A stretch of 63,983 nt of DNA, the filler included, from Ionaspis alba (taxonomy: Eukaryota), in the NCBI GenBank assembly GCA_964255285.1. It is 3 parts of 3 records of this genome, joined end to end, with 100 filler letters (N's around TTAATTAATTAA, not from the genome) between each part and the next. Parts side by side here need not be neighbours in the genome. Positions count along the whole stretch, not along the records: positions 22,869 to 45,613 come from CAXUUL010000197.1; 2 more parts are not named here. The stretch is one strand, 5' to 3'. Below, piece by piece: positions 24,740 through 36,298 of this stretch. Position 1 is the stretch's first letter, and each line of letters begins with the position of its first letter. A program made the position numbers and the translations under genes. The notes beneath the pieces are model-generated. The model was given only the letters and a program-made list of their open reading frames with translations. It did not search any database and was not told where the DNA came from.

Positions 24740-26137
24740 ATGATGGCCAATAATCCCAAGTATGCTGGTCTTCCAGATCTTGTAAGACATTACCCGTGCT
24801 CTCTGCGCTTCTCCTATTGATCTAGACATTTCTCCCCATACGACCATACATTTGCTCACAATCACTACTAGGATATAGCTCCCGAATTCTATGAGACTCC
24901 GGAGCTTACTGATGACGCTTCTGAGTCACGGACGACTTACGAAAATGACGATTCCGAAGCTCTTGATATCGACCGACAACGACTCGACCCGGATGAGGCA
25001 CGAACACATTTTCAGTCTGCAAGAGTAGATGCTCGAGATGTTAATTTCTCCGACACGATTGAGGGGAGAAGAAAATCTTATCGAGTCTCGACACGACGGA
25101 AACGCAGAGGAGGTGATGACGAAGCAGGTGAAGTTATGGAAGAGGAAGACGATGGCTCCGAGAGCTTGAGAAGGAAGTTCGCGAGGTTGCGACGAGAATG
25201 GGAAGAGGTGCAGGCAGAAGTCGATAGAAGGAAAACCCTCGAAGACAAGACATTGAATGCCAGGGAAGGAGGCTTAGAAGAGGAATACCAGAAACTACTG
25301 GCTGAACTGAGCAATGCTATGGGAGCGCTTCAAGGGTCAGAAGAGCCTCCTCACAACGGACATGCTGGAAGCGCAGTAGATCGACTTGAGCAGCAAATGG
25401 GTAAACAAACAAAGCCAGCTACGGGACGGAGAACGGAGGTGAAGACAGCACAGGAAGACAGCGGTGATGGATCTCTCCGCACGACAAATCAACAAAACTC
25501 CAACCTGTCCAAAATTGCTACATTCGACACACGCCTCACCCATCTCGAAAACCTTCTCGGCATATCCACCCTTCCCCTTCCTTCCCAATCCTCCGAGAAT
25601 ACAAAACCTCTCATACCCACACTCAGCAACCTCGACCGACAGATCACAACTCTCTCGTCTGCTTCCGCCACCTCCCTTGACGCCATGAGCACCCACATCC
25701 GCACCCTAACCGCTTCGGCCGAAAAACTCGCGGAGACCCGCGCCTCCTCTCAAGCAGCCCCTGAATCCAGCTCCCCCGAAACATTCCCAAACACCGGCAC
25801 CAGCACCGAAGATTCTAAGCAAGACGCTAAAATCAACGCTCTTTATGGCACACTTCCCACGATTGAGTCACTTGCGCCATTATTGCCCAGTGTGCTCGAC
25901 CGATTGCGCTCCCTTAGGCTCATTCATGCCGACGCTGCGGGCGCGAGTCAGAGCCTTGCGGCAGTGGAGAAGCGGCAGGCGGAGATGGGGGAGGAAATCA
26001 GGAGCTGGAGGGAAGGGTTGGAGAAGGTGGAGGAGGTGGTGAGGAGTGGGGAAGTGAGGATGAAGGGCAACATGGGAGTCGTAGAAACGTGGGTAAAGGA
26101 GCTGGAAGGGAGGATGAAAGCCCTTGGTGGCAATTAA
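24740..26137 (+). CDS. Dynactin subunit p50/dynamitin (DCTN2/Jnm1-like)
   Basis: Exon 24740-24781 MMANNPKYAGLPDL, intron 24782-24871, exon 2 DIAPEFYETPELTDD; ESLRRKFARLRRE; KINALYGTLPTIESLAPLLPSVLDRLRSLRLIHADA. Confidence 0.9.
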
Positions 26138-26576
26138 TGAGTGCGTAGCTATTTGAGGCCGTTTCTTTAGCGCATTGTGCGATACCCAAGTTATTTTATG
26201 GCATCAGCTGACATATATTTGAGAGAATACATGAGCGGAATTACCCTTCTCCGAGTCGCATCTCGTGGGATTAGAAGATTGCGGCGAGGGCAAACTGCAC
26301 GCTCACGTACATGGCAGCGATGAGATCTTGCGGGATCTTTGAGCAGCCAAGTAAAGGTGCCTTGTTCTCACTCACTCCAATTGGCGCTTCCTGATCTGAT
26401 CCCTGCGCAGCCTCCTGCCTTCATTGAGCCTCTAGCAAGAGGAGCAATAGTGTCACGAGCTAATAGATCGGAGCAACCAAAGTGTGGAGCGTAAGACCAC
26501 AGTAGGTGCTCTTGTTTCAAGAGTGCTCCGGTTACGCTCTGCTCTAGGGTATCGCTGTATTCGAGTCACGGCTAGA

Positions 26577-28469
26577 TCACACTCCATCGTCTCCGGTCTT
26601 CAAAGTCGCCGGGTCCGCTGCACCGTCAACTTTGAGGCCATTTGTCGCTGCGGTGACACCTTCGACGTCGTGTGCTTCCTCTTTCCTTCGTAGCCGTAGC
26701 CGCACTTCTGGTACCAGATCGTTGAGGTCGACTAGGACACCTTCCTTTTCCGGGTGGTTGGCGGCGACGCCATTCTCCTTGATCTTGACTTTGCCTTCGG
26801 CCAGTTCATCTTCGCCAAGGATGATCGAGAACGGTACTCCACCGGCATCAGCAAGCTTGAATTGCGCCTGGATCTTTGGCTTGAGTTTATATGCAAATTC
26901 GGCCTTCGACGAAGTCGTTAGCTGCAAGCCTAGTGTTAAAATCAACATTCGAATTACCTTGATTCCTGCATCCCACAACGTCCGGCAAACTTCCATCCTC
27001 TCCTTGATCAAGCCAGTGGAGCCTTTGCTGCTGAACGCCATCACAAACACATCGACTTCATTGCTCCGTACCGCCGCTGAAGCTTTATCTGCCTCCATGC
27101 GAGCTTTGGTGATTGAGAATATCCTATCAACGCCAAAGGAGATGCCGACACAAGGTATCTGTGCCTTGCCCGAAAACATGCCCACCAACCCGTCATATCG
27201 CCCTCCTGCTGCGACACTACCCACACCAATTGAAGGGTCATTTGATCGATCCTCGTCTCCGTCCTTTGATTTGTCTTTCTTAGGTCGTGATTCCTTTTCT
27301 TTTTTGCCAGTGGTAGCTGGAGGTGCCGAGCCCTCTGTGACAACCTCGTAAATTACACCGGTGTAGTAGTCAAGCCCTCGCGCTAGGCTCAGATTGAATT
27401 CAACTTTGTCCAGAACTCCGAATGCCTCTAGATATGTAAACAGGAGCTCCATATCTTCCATGCCTTTGACCATATTCGCATTTGCTTTCAAGTGCTCCTC
27501 CCCTTGTAAATATTTCAGCACGTCTCGGCCACCCTTCCTCTGCACAAAGCCCCATATTCGATCTGCAACCTCCTCTTGCAGCCCCTTTTCTTCCACCATC
27601 TCCCGCCGTACCTCTTCCCAAGGTGACTTGTCTAACTTATCCACAGCACTACTTATCGTCCTGATCTTGTCCTCTGGAACCCCGCAGACCCCGAATATTC
27701 CGTCTAGAATGCCTCTGTGGTTTATTTTGATCAGGTATTTACCCTCCCAGCCTAATCCAGCGAACACTTCGGTGGTTATCCGCAAGATTTCCGCGTCTGG
27801 TAGCATGGGGTCGTACTGCCCCGCAATATCGAAATCGCACTGGTAGAATTCCCGCATACGTCCTTTCGTCATGGCAGGTTGATCTCGCCGGTACACCTTA
27901 GCTATGTGATATCGTTTTATGTTCTGTATCGAAGAGTTCATGGCGAGCCACCGAGCGAATGGAACAGTCAGGTCATAGCGGAGGGAGCATAGTTCACCGC
28001 CTTGATCGGCAATGTCGTAGATGAGCTTGCTGTCTTCTCCATATTTGCCGGAGAGGATTTCCTTCAATTCGAAGACTGGACTTGAAGACAATCAGACAAG
28101 CACAAGGACAGCTCGAGTAATAGAGCACCATACGTATCTATCGTGACGGCACCGTGGCGCTTGAAGACTTGAGTGATGGTAGAGAATATCCGGTCACGAA
28201 TGACCATATCCTTTCCTTCCCCTGTTGATGCTCAGTCATGAAAATTGGGACATGGGAGGAAGCACGACCGTACAGTCTTTCGTCCCTTTAGGAGTCTTGA
28301 GCTGGAATTGCACCTTCTCCTTCCCCATGTCTGCTTCTTTTAAGTCTTGGTGCGCCTGGATGCTCGAGAATCGTTTCGGTGTCTTGAAACTATTTGCGTA
28401 GATGAACTTTCTCTGTACTGGTGGACGAGACCAAACAAGTCTCACAAGCACTGGGAATGAACACCGCAT
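26577..28469 (-). CDS. HTS1: Histidyl-tRNA synthetase, probably dual mitochondrial/cytosolic (ATGs at 28469 and 28328)
   Basis: [53 protein letters not shown]. Introns 28273-28222, 28133-28081, 26957-26904. Confidence 0.97.
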
Positions 28470-28653
28470 GCACAATGTTTCCTGAATAATGTACAGCTAC
28501 TGTAAGACGTTGAGTGACGAATATCAACATTCTGGATCGCTGTGTCATCCCGCGCCATTTGGCTAGGGCTGAAATCAATACTGCCCGGTTGGGCCAGCCT
28601 AGGACCGATCATCTACTTCAACCTGCAGAAAACGAGCCTATGTAGGGCCCGTA

Positions 28654-31023
28654 ATGGCTCCTCATCCTGGCATAGACACCGAACCAGTAAGAGAGAAGGC
28701 GAGGAAAGATCTTTTAGATCTTCTTGAAGGCGTATGTAAGGCTATATGTACCCTGATATCTGCTAGACTTGGCAAATAACAACTCCCAGGTCCGAGGCAA
28801 GAAGAATCTAGTTATCGAAAAGGCTCTTGCAGGACCTATTGGGCTCTTCGTGAAGTTTTCGACACTCCAAGAGTACGGTGTCGACAAAGTCTTCTTTCTT
28901 GAGAATGACAATGTCGATTCCTCGCAACGAAATGTGATCTTCCTAGTTCGTGGAGAGGATGTGTCTCATCCAATTGCTGTTGCTGGTATGAATGTGCTAC
29001 GAAGCTCCTGATCCGTCCCGTTGTATGAAGCTTCTTAGCTGTATCATGTGTTTACTTGAAGCAAGCCCTCATGTCCTCCTTTCATGCGCATTATCCTGTT
29101 CAGCAATATCATTTTACCAAGGGAACATAAAGTAGATTGTGTAGACCCTTTCTACTCTACCCGATCAGTCTTGTTCCCAACAATAAATTACTTTATTTGA
29201 GCATGATCTATAGCGTGTTTCCTTGCCTCCCACAAATTCACTGCCATCATTACGTGCTGACAATCATTTTCAGCGCAAATCAAGCGGCTGCAACAAAACA
29301 GTAGTATCGGCCATGAGTTTTCAATCTTTCTCGTACCTCGACGAACGCTTGTATGCAACAAGATACTGGAGGATGCCGGGGTATTGGGGGACGTGAGTGT
29401 AGAGGGATTTCCGCTCTATTTCATACCTATAGAGCAAGATGTCCTCTCCTTGGAGCTTGAAGATAGCTTTGGCGATCTCTATCTTGTAGGATCTGTTTTG
29501 AACATTTAAACAGGCATTTCTCTGACAGAACCCAGCGCAAAGATCCGACGTGCACCTTCCTCGCTGCTCGAGCCCTGATGCTTGTACAACAGAAAAACGG
29601 ACTCTTTCCACGGATTATAGGGAAAGGAGATAACGCTCAACGTCTGATGGAGCTTCTCCTGCGAATGCGCTCCGAAGCCGCCGCAGATGAGCCATCAAGC
29701 TCCTCGCGGTCAGGATTAATGCCTAGCCAGTCTATCGAAAGCCTGATTATAGTCGACCGCGAGATAGATTTTGGCACGGTTTTGCTCACCCAACTTACTT
29801 ATGAAGGATTGATAGACGAGTTATTTGGCATCAAAGACAACCAAGCAGAAATTGACGTTTCCATCATTGGCCCAGTTCCTGGCCAGCAGCCCTCCCAGAT
29901 GAACCTGGGAAAAGCACCAGCTCAGACATCTCAGCTGGGAATGAAGCGCAAGATCCAACTCGACTCTACAGACAAACTCTATGACCAACTTCGAGATACG
30001 AACTTTGCTATCGTGGGCACTCTCCTCAACAAAGTCGCCCGCCGTCTCGAGAATGATTACGAGAGCCGCCACGTGGCCAAATCCACCTCTGAGCTGCGGG
30101 AGTTCGTCAACAAGCTCCCCGGGTACCAAGCAGAGCAACAAAGCTTAAAAATCCATACTAATCTGGCAGAAGAGATCACAAAACATACCAGCTCTGACAT
30201 CTTCTCACGTGTCCTTGAAGTCCAGCAAAATCTCGCCGCAGGCTCTGATCCAACCTCTCAGCACGATACAATCGAAGAGCTTATCGCCCGTGCTATACCT
30301 CTCCCCGTCGTTCTTCGTCTCCTGTGTCTCGAGTCATGCATTTGTGGCGGCATTCGTCCCAAGGATCTCGAGAATTTCAAACGCCAGATCCTCCACGCCT
30401 ATGGCCACCAGCACCTACTGACCCTCGATGCTCTCGAAAAGATTGGATTGCTTGAGCCCCGCGCGACGGCAAATGTCCTATCACTTTCTCTACCAACGGG
30501 AGGCACGGGCGTCACGCCGGGCACGAAGACAAACTACAATTACCTCCGCAAAACCCTCCGTCTCATAGTTGATGAAGTCAATGAGTCTGACCCTATCGAC
30601 ATTGCTTATGTCTACAGTGGCTACGCGCCTCTCAGCGTTCGCCTCGTACAATGCATCATCCAGAAACCGTATCTGCTTTCCCTGACCCGGCCCTCCTCTG
30701 CAGCGAATGGTATCAGCAGCGCTGCGCAGGGATGGCAGGGATTCGAAGACGCTTTGAAGGCAGTGAAGGGCGAGACGTTCAACAGGGTACAGAAAGGAGA
30801 CGAAGCGGCGACGAAGGCTAGGGCACTCTTGACAGGAACAGGGCCGAAGAAAGCTGTTGTGGTCATGTTCTTGGGTGGGATAACGCGTACGGAGATTGCA
30901 GCCTTGAGATTTTTGGCGAAAGGGGAGGCGGGCAGGAAGATACTTATCTGCACGACCGGTATCGTGAGCGGTGCAAGAATGATGGATGCGGCGATGGAGA
31001 AAAAGGGCTTCGGGGGCTCATGA
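28654..31023 (+). CDS. VPS33: Sec1/Munc18 family vacuolar sorting protein Vps33
   Basis: Exons 28654-28731, 28790-28985, 29274-29485, 29536-31023. LLEG|VRGKKNLVI, LLTQLTYEGLIDE, DIAYVYSGYAPLSVRLVQ, FLGGITRTEIAALRF. Confidence 0.95.
29056..29185 (+). ncRNA. Candidate intronic box H/ACA snoRNA in VPS33 intron 2
   Basis: Lies in a 288-nt intron (28986-29273). Hairpin 1 TGAAGCA..TGTTCA; H box ATATCA 29106-29111; hairpin 2 closed by GGGAACA 29121-29127 / TGTTCCC 29172-29178 with inner GTAGA/TCTAC stems; ACA at 29180-29182. Confidence 0.5.
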
Positions 31024-31365
31024 GGCATAAGAAGGGCCGTCAGCTCTGAGAATCGCTGGTCATGACAGTTGAGTTGAGGTGCCCTGTAAACATTATCGTA
31101 AAAATGGTGTCCGTCTTGGTACTGATCCAGGCAATATTTCACTCGATTTCTCAACAATGTTATGCATAGACGGGTCGGCCAAGTGCCCTCAACCTTTGCC
31201 AGAGCATGTAACAATCCAACCCCATTGTCGTACCAAACCAATACCTTGCGGGCCTCCATGAACTATTAAAATCAGGCAGGCCATGCACGCAAACTCCACG
31301 CTAATCAACAGACCCAGAAACAATCCAATACCTCCTTATCCCTTAGCACCCAACAGACTCCCTCT

Positions 31366-32029
31366 TCAAACAGTACTGTCCTCATATTCAAACCGAATAT
31401 CCCTTGGTCTCTGTGTATTCCTGCGCACAAACTCCTCATTTCCCGGCGGTCGTTCATCCTTCTCATTACCCGTCAACATACTCTGCAAACTCATGCAGAT
31501 GCTCTCCACGTTTTGAACTGGCGACCAGCCGGCTGTGCCAAGGAGATCGAGGCAGATGATACCGTTGGAGTAGATGTGTGGGTGCATAGGTATTTGACGT
31601 GATGGAGTGGCGGAAACTATGAACATTACTTCGGGCGCTTCTGTTGTGGGAGTCATTAGCAGGGATCTAGGAGTGGATGTGAGAGAGCCTGGTAGGAAAG
31701 GTGGAAGCCGGAGACAGCCTACCTATGGGATATTTATTCGAAAACCGAAAGCGAAGACGATAGGTCTGGTTGAGGTAAAGAGGATTGGAGTCAAGGACCC
31801 GGATGTCCATGAGCCATTCCTTGAGATCAGGGGCCGAAACGAGAGTTATGCCGTCCGGGAGCGAGCCTTGTATCTGATTGGCAGGCGGGGTCAGTTATGG
31901 CTGGGCTTCACTGTAGAGAAGACGAAAGCGGGTACCTTTGTAAGCTCCTGTTACAGTGTCAGCAATGATACAATAGTCCTTGAGAGAATTGGGAGAACTT
32001 ACCTTGCCCAAACGCTTTGCCGCGAACAT
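31366..32029 (-). CDS. Ubiquitin-conjugating enzyme E2, UBE2W-like
   Basis: Exons 32029-32003, 31947-31936 (12 nt), 31873-31723, 31640-31366 give MFAAKRLGKELTKIQ..YPIEAPEVMF..HPHIYSNGIICLDLL..WSPVQNVESIC, with catalytic Cys and the HPH variant typical of UBE2W. Confidence 0.92.
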
Positions 32030-32499
32030 CGTTCTCGGAGCCTCGAGCTGGTGGAACCACTTGGGGGCAAGCGAAGGAGGGTAATCGAAGCTCCAAGCGA
32101 TTGGATGCGGTGATGATCGGTTCCTCTAGAACCGTTCACTAGCAAAGGCGAGTTTGGGAGGATGCTACGATGCAAGATCGAGTAAAAGCACTGAGTCACT
32201 TAAAGAAGCCTGTCATGATACGGGAGAGGCTCTTTGCTTGTGATAGGGCTGCCTTTGCAGTGGTCTGTGCGGCATCCCGGCTCAGATGGCTTTTTCATTC
32301 GTACGCTACGTGAATTCGATCAAGAGCTTGGCCAATCGTCGACATACGCATAGATGAACGGTAGTGACTCGAGATGAGAATCCCATTGATTGTGCTGGAT
32401 TTTGTCTGTACACAATCCTCCCAGATCCAATGCTAGTATATGTAGGCTGAGACAGATCTGACCAAAGGGCTTGGGCTCAGTCCTCCTGCATTGGGCACT

Positions 32500-33100
32500 T
32501 CCTGGCTTTAATCAGCTTGACTTGCAACATATGAAGACCCCAACCATCTGCTTGGACTGAAGTGGGTATTTCTGACAGTGGTTGCCATTCCAGACCCAGG
32601 AATTAAAGACAACAATGGAGAATATCCTGCTCAAGGTCATGATCTTCAACTCCTTCGCTGTTGTTCGTCATGACGCAGGCGGGATTCTGATGCAATCGCT
32701 GGCTGCAACCAAGCCGAGACACGTTGATCGAGGTCCAGTTGACCTTTCCTTCAAGCTTCTCTATTATTGCCTCCATGATCTGACCCTCTTTCTCGTTCCA
32801 TATACGGAGGAGAGGATTGTACGGTGTAATCGGAGGCACAATCTCGTCAGAACGCATGGCTGAGGACGGTGCTGGCGGTGCACCTGATTCTATCGAAGCT
32901 GGAGTTACACAACTATATTAGCCAGGAGCTTCCTGCAAGGAAGCTATCGACTTACCTCTGGTGGCTGTGCTGGGTCTCATTTGCCTGGGAAGTCGATGGG
33001 TCAAGAGAACTTTCCTTGCGCTCTGCTCCGTCCATGACTTGCTTCGCTGATGCTGTTGATGTCAATGCTGCGATGCACATCCAGGCTCTGTCTTTTTTTG
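32500..33100 (+). pseudogene. Possible decayed DEDDh exonuclease (Gfd2/YDR514C/QIP-like) remnant
   Basis: Frameshifted fragments in plausible order: LALIS, YEDPNHLL, TEVGIS, PDPG, ENILLKVMIFN, KLSTYL, NAAMHIQAL. Resemblance is from memory of the family only. Confidence 0.3.
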
Positions 33101-34457
33101 GAAAGGAATTGAGAATGCGAGTGAGAATTAGAAGAACATACCAATTACTGCAACGTTCTGTTGATGGTTTTCTTGCTGATAGTCTGGATCTAAAGAGCCG
33201 CTCTTCGAACTTGCTTTAGCAATAGTGGTCTTGTAGTAGTAAGTATGAACTGAGCTACTAGTGCCCAAAGAGATATGTGTTGACAGGTAGAAAGAGCGTT
33301 GAAAGCCAGGAGTGCCTCGCTACTCCGAGTATGATAGTCCCCAAGAGCAAAAGAACCAAGTGAGATAAGATCAACAGATATGAAGGCAAATAGTGGTCGT
33401 TCGTCTCTGGTACTTAACATGCTCGCACATCGACAGCTCCGCCTCTATTGACCATACGTATACGGTTGGACCTTAGGCTATTCTCACCACTCCGCATATG
33501 GTAATCCTCAGTGACAGAAGTCCTCTGCCATCAAGATGGTCGGGCTTGCTATCACCGAGCTTTGCTTGGGTTGCGAATTATGGACAGTTTTCTGTTTGCC
33601 TTCTTTCTAGAAAGTTCTAAGATGTCTCGGGAAGTCTTTCCATAGAGCTTCTTTCCATCCGGTCTTACACTCCGAATTATTTGCAGTTGCTCTGTCGAAA
33701 CAATAGTCATTTGCGCGAGCCAAGATGATATGTCTGGTCACAAGTGTCATAGTTCTGTTTTCCTGTCAACTTTGAGCTACGAGATTTTCTTCCCTTTCAC
33801 AGCCGGGGCCCCAGCAACCAAGTCTCTTCCATCCACGACCATAGCTGCTCATTGGAGACAGCACTCTATGATGGTAAGGACACTTCTATACTAGATCTTT
33901 CAGGCCAACCACGAACGTCATGCAATGCGTAAACCTTCATCACGGCAACAAAGACTATAAATACTGTTTCTGTGATTTCCAAAACAAGTCGAGCTCATTC
34001 TTCAAGGCACAGCAGGTGGATTTCGTTGCGAACGGTGCTCTTCGCTATCTCAACCGTGCAAAGACCATGCTCGATGAGGTTCCATACTCTAGGGACAATG
34101 AGATTGCTGGCCTTGACTCATATCTGGTATTGTTTCCCTCGTTGCATCCTGTACTCGTACTACCCCTGATCAACACTCTTCCTTGCCTGAAACACAACGT
34201 CTTTGTCGAGAACAATTCCTCGATCTGTTGATAATGCCTTTGGGTAGAGAGTCGTCGCTTTGTTTGGTTGCTACCTTTGCTTCAGCCATGATATAAAACC
34301 ACGGCTCAAATCCTCTTCTCCTCCTTTCTCTTCCTATCATCCACAACCATTTCACCCTCACAACTTCATAAGCATCCGACCTTTGCATTAATATAGATTC
34401 TTTTTCCTGCAAGCCTATCAGCGTGATCTCTTCATTTGCACACATCCGCAAAATATA

Positions 34458-35087
34458 ATGGGTTTCCGGGGAGCAAGGGCTGCTCGCCGAAAGTGGGCCA
34501 AGCAGCAGAAAAGAGAGGCTCCGAAGAAAAATCTGCCTGCTGAAGGCGAGGACGGCGGTATCATATACGGGGAGATCGTCTGTTACGAGCCTCATCCCGA
34601 GCCTACATTTACTCGATCCAAACGGGAATCCACTCGATCTAAACGTGCACCAACTCCGCCTAAGGGTTCATCCAATAAGCCCGTCGAGCAGCCCAAGCTG
34701 AGTCCGCACTTTGTCATCCTGCTGCCACCTCAGTACAAGCACAAATCATACATCAACGACAAAGAATACGAGGCATGCTTGGTGATCACAGGCGATCCAA
34801 ATTTCTATCGCTCGTACTTCCGCATACACGGCAAGGGAAAGCCACGTCCACGCGAGATTCCTGGACCGCTGCGCGAAGTCAACGGTGTATGGGGCGGCAT
34901 CAACTGGAGACCTGTTCCATGGTGCAAGCGAACCTTCGTGCCATTATCGGTCACTACGATCCATCGTGCAACTCTCCACGAGCTTCAATTTCGGGGTCAG
35001 CCCATCCCTCGTGCACGACTCGACGACAAATCGTATGGGAGATTGCTGGCAAAGGTTAAGGCCGCGGAACCACACGTCTGGAAGTAG
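34458..35087 (+). CDS. Hypothetical 209-aa basic protein, single exon
   Basis: ATG in good context (ATAATGG) after a CT-rich leader and TATA-like ATATAAAA near 34291; protein-like composition. Confidence 0.65.
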   Translation: MGFRGARAARRKWAKQQKREAPKKNLPAEGEDGGIIYGEIVCYEPHPEPTFTRSKRESTRSKRAPTPPKGSSNKPVEQPKLSPHFVILLPPQYKHKSYINDKEYEACLVITGDPNFYRSYFRIHGKGKPRPREIPGPLREVNGVWGGINWRPVPWCKRTFVPLSVTTIHRATLHELQFRGQPIPRARLDDKSYGRLLAKVKAAEPHVWK

Positions 35088-35359
35088 TGGCTAGGGAGAG
35101 GGAAGGGACTCTGCCCTTTTCTTTGCTCTTTTGGTCGATCATCCACGATTATAGTGGCTGTACCCCTCTCAAGACAGCATGGTCCGGCTCGGCGACTGGC
35201 ATGGGAAGGCGTATAGGCGTTTGGGCTTCTGTTTGCATTTGATTTTGCTAGATTTCAGCAAAGGGGCACATGGGAAACAGCGGTATCTTGGCAAGTATCA
35301 CGGGTACATCGGGACATAGACAGCTATAGTTAGCACCACATTCATTATATCGTCCTGCC

Positions 35360-36298
35360 CTACGTCTCTACTCCCTTGAATTCCGTGAACAACCTGCCCA
35401 CCACCCTTCCCCGCCCATCAAATCTCACTCCTTCCTCCCTCAACAACATCCTCTTTTCAGCGATCTTCCCTCCCTCCTCTTCCTCTCCCTTGCTCATCTT
35501 TCCCCTTCCCGTCCCAACGCCTTCCCCTACCTCTCCTCCAAAACCGCCCACCTTTCCACCAGCCGCCACGACCCGGTGACAAGGGACTCCAGGCGCGAAA
35601 GGATTGTTCCGCATTGCGCTCCCAACTGCCCTCGCGGACGTCTTCAAAAAGGCAGCCAGAGCACCGTATGTTGTCACACGCCCCCGAGGCACTTGGAGGA
35701 GAGCAAGGAGAACGCGTTGGCGGATGGAAGGCAGGTGGGATGTAGTGATGAGGTGCTGGAGAGTAGAAATATCGTCCTTCTCAAAACCTGGCTCTGAGGT
35801 AGGTGGCGAAGATAGAGGTGTTGGATGCGTGGGAGAGGCAGACCGGGGTGGTGTGGGCGGTGTCAATGCCGCAGGACCATGCATAGCAGTACGGATATCT
35901 GCCTGCTTCTTCGCGCTCTTCTTCAGTGCCGGTTGCCCATCCTCGACATCCAGCTCCTCCCTCTTCCTCTTCCCCTTCTTCCCTCTCACTTTCAAGCTCC
36001 GCTCATCCGCGTCCACCAGATCCACCCTCCCTTCCGCAATCGCCTCACCCATCTCTATACAGTCTCGCAGCTGCTCCTCGCTCATATTTTTAGTAGCCGG
36101 GCTTTTGAGCCGTGTCGGCCAGGGGGCAGCCCCCTCTCCGATGACGGCATCGTAGATGATCCGCGCGAAGCAGTGGTCGAGGTGTACTGGCCAGGAGGGT
36201 TGTTTTGGGGATTTCGTGAGGGCGAGATGTGGGAGGTGCTTCGTGTAAAGGTCGTGCCAGCGGGTACGGAGGGCGAGGTGGGTCGGAGTGGTGGGCAT
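35360..36298 (-). CDS. O6-alkylguanine-DNA alkyltransferase (MGMT) C-terminal domain fused to an N-terminal uncharacterised domain
   Basis: VPRGRVTTYGALA..SARAVGSAMRNNPFAPGVPCHRVV..GGFGG..KRMLLREEGV with intact active-site PCHR. N-terminal WPVHLDHCFARIIYD block. First ATG is 36298 (36325 is TTG). Confidence 0.9.
   Translation of the reverse strand: MPTTPTHLALRTRWHDLYTKHLPHLALTKSPKQPSWPVHLDHCFARIIYDAVIGEGAAPWPTRLKSPATKNMSEEQLRDCIEMGEAIAEGRVDLVDADERSLKVRGKKGKRKREELDVEDGQPALKKSAKKQADIRTAMHGPAALTPPTPPRSASPTHPTPLSSPPTSEPGFEKDDISTLQHLITTSHLPSIRQRVLLALLQVPRGRVTTYGALAAFLKTSARAVGSAMRNNPFAPGVPCHRVVAAGGKVGGFGGEVGEGVGTGRGKMSKGEEEEGGKIAEKRMLLREEGVRFDGRGRVVGRLFTEFKGVET

Noticed and set aside
26632..27351. 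239-aa antisense ORF over HisRS, and similar shadow ORFs over other genes
   Set aside because: Codon-bias shadows of the real CDS on the opposite strand.
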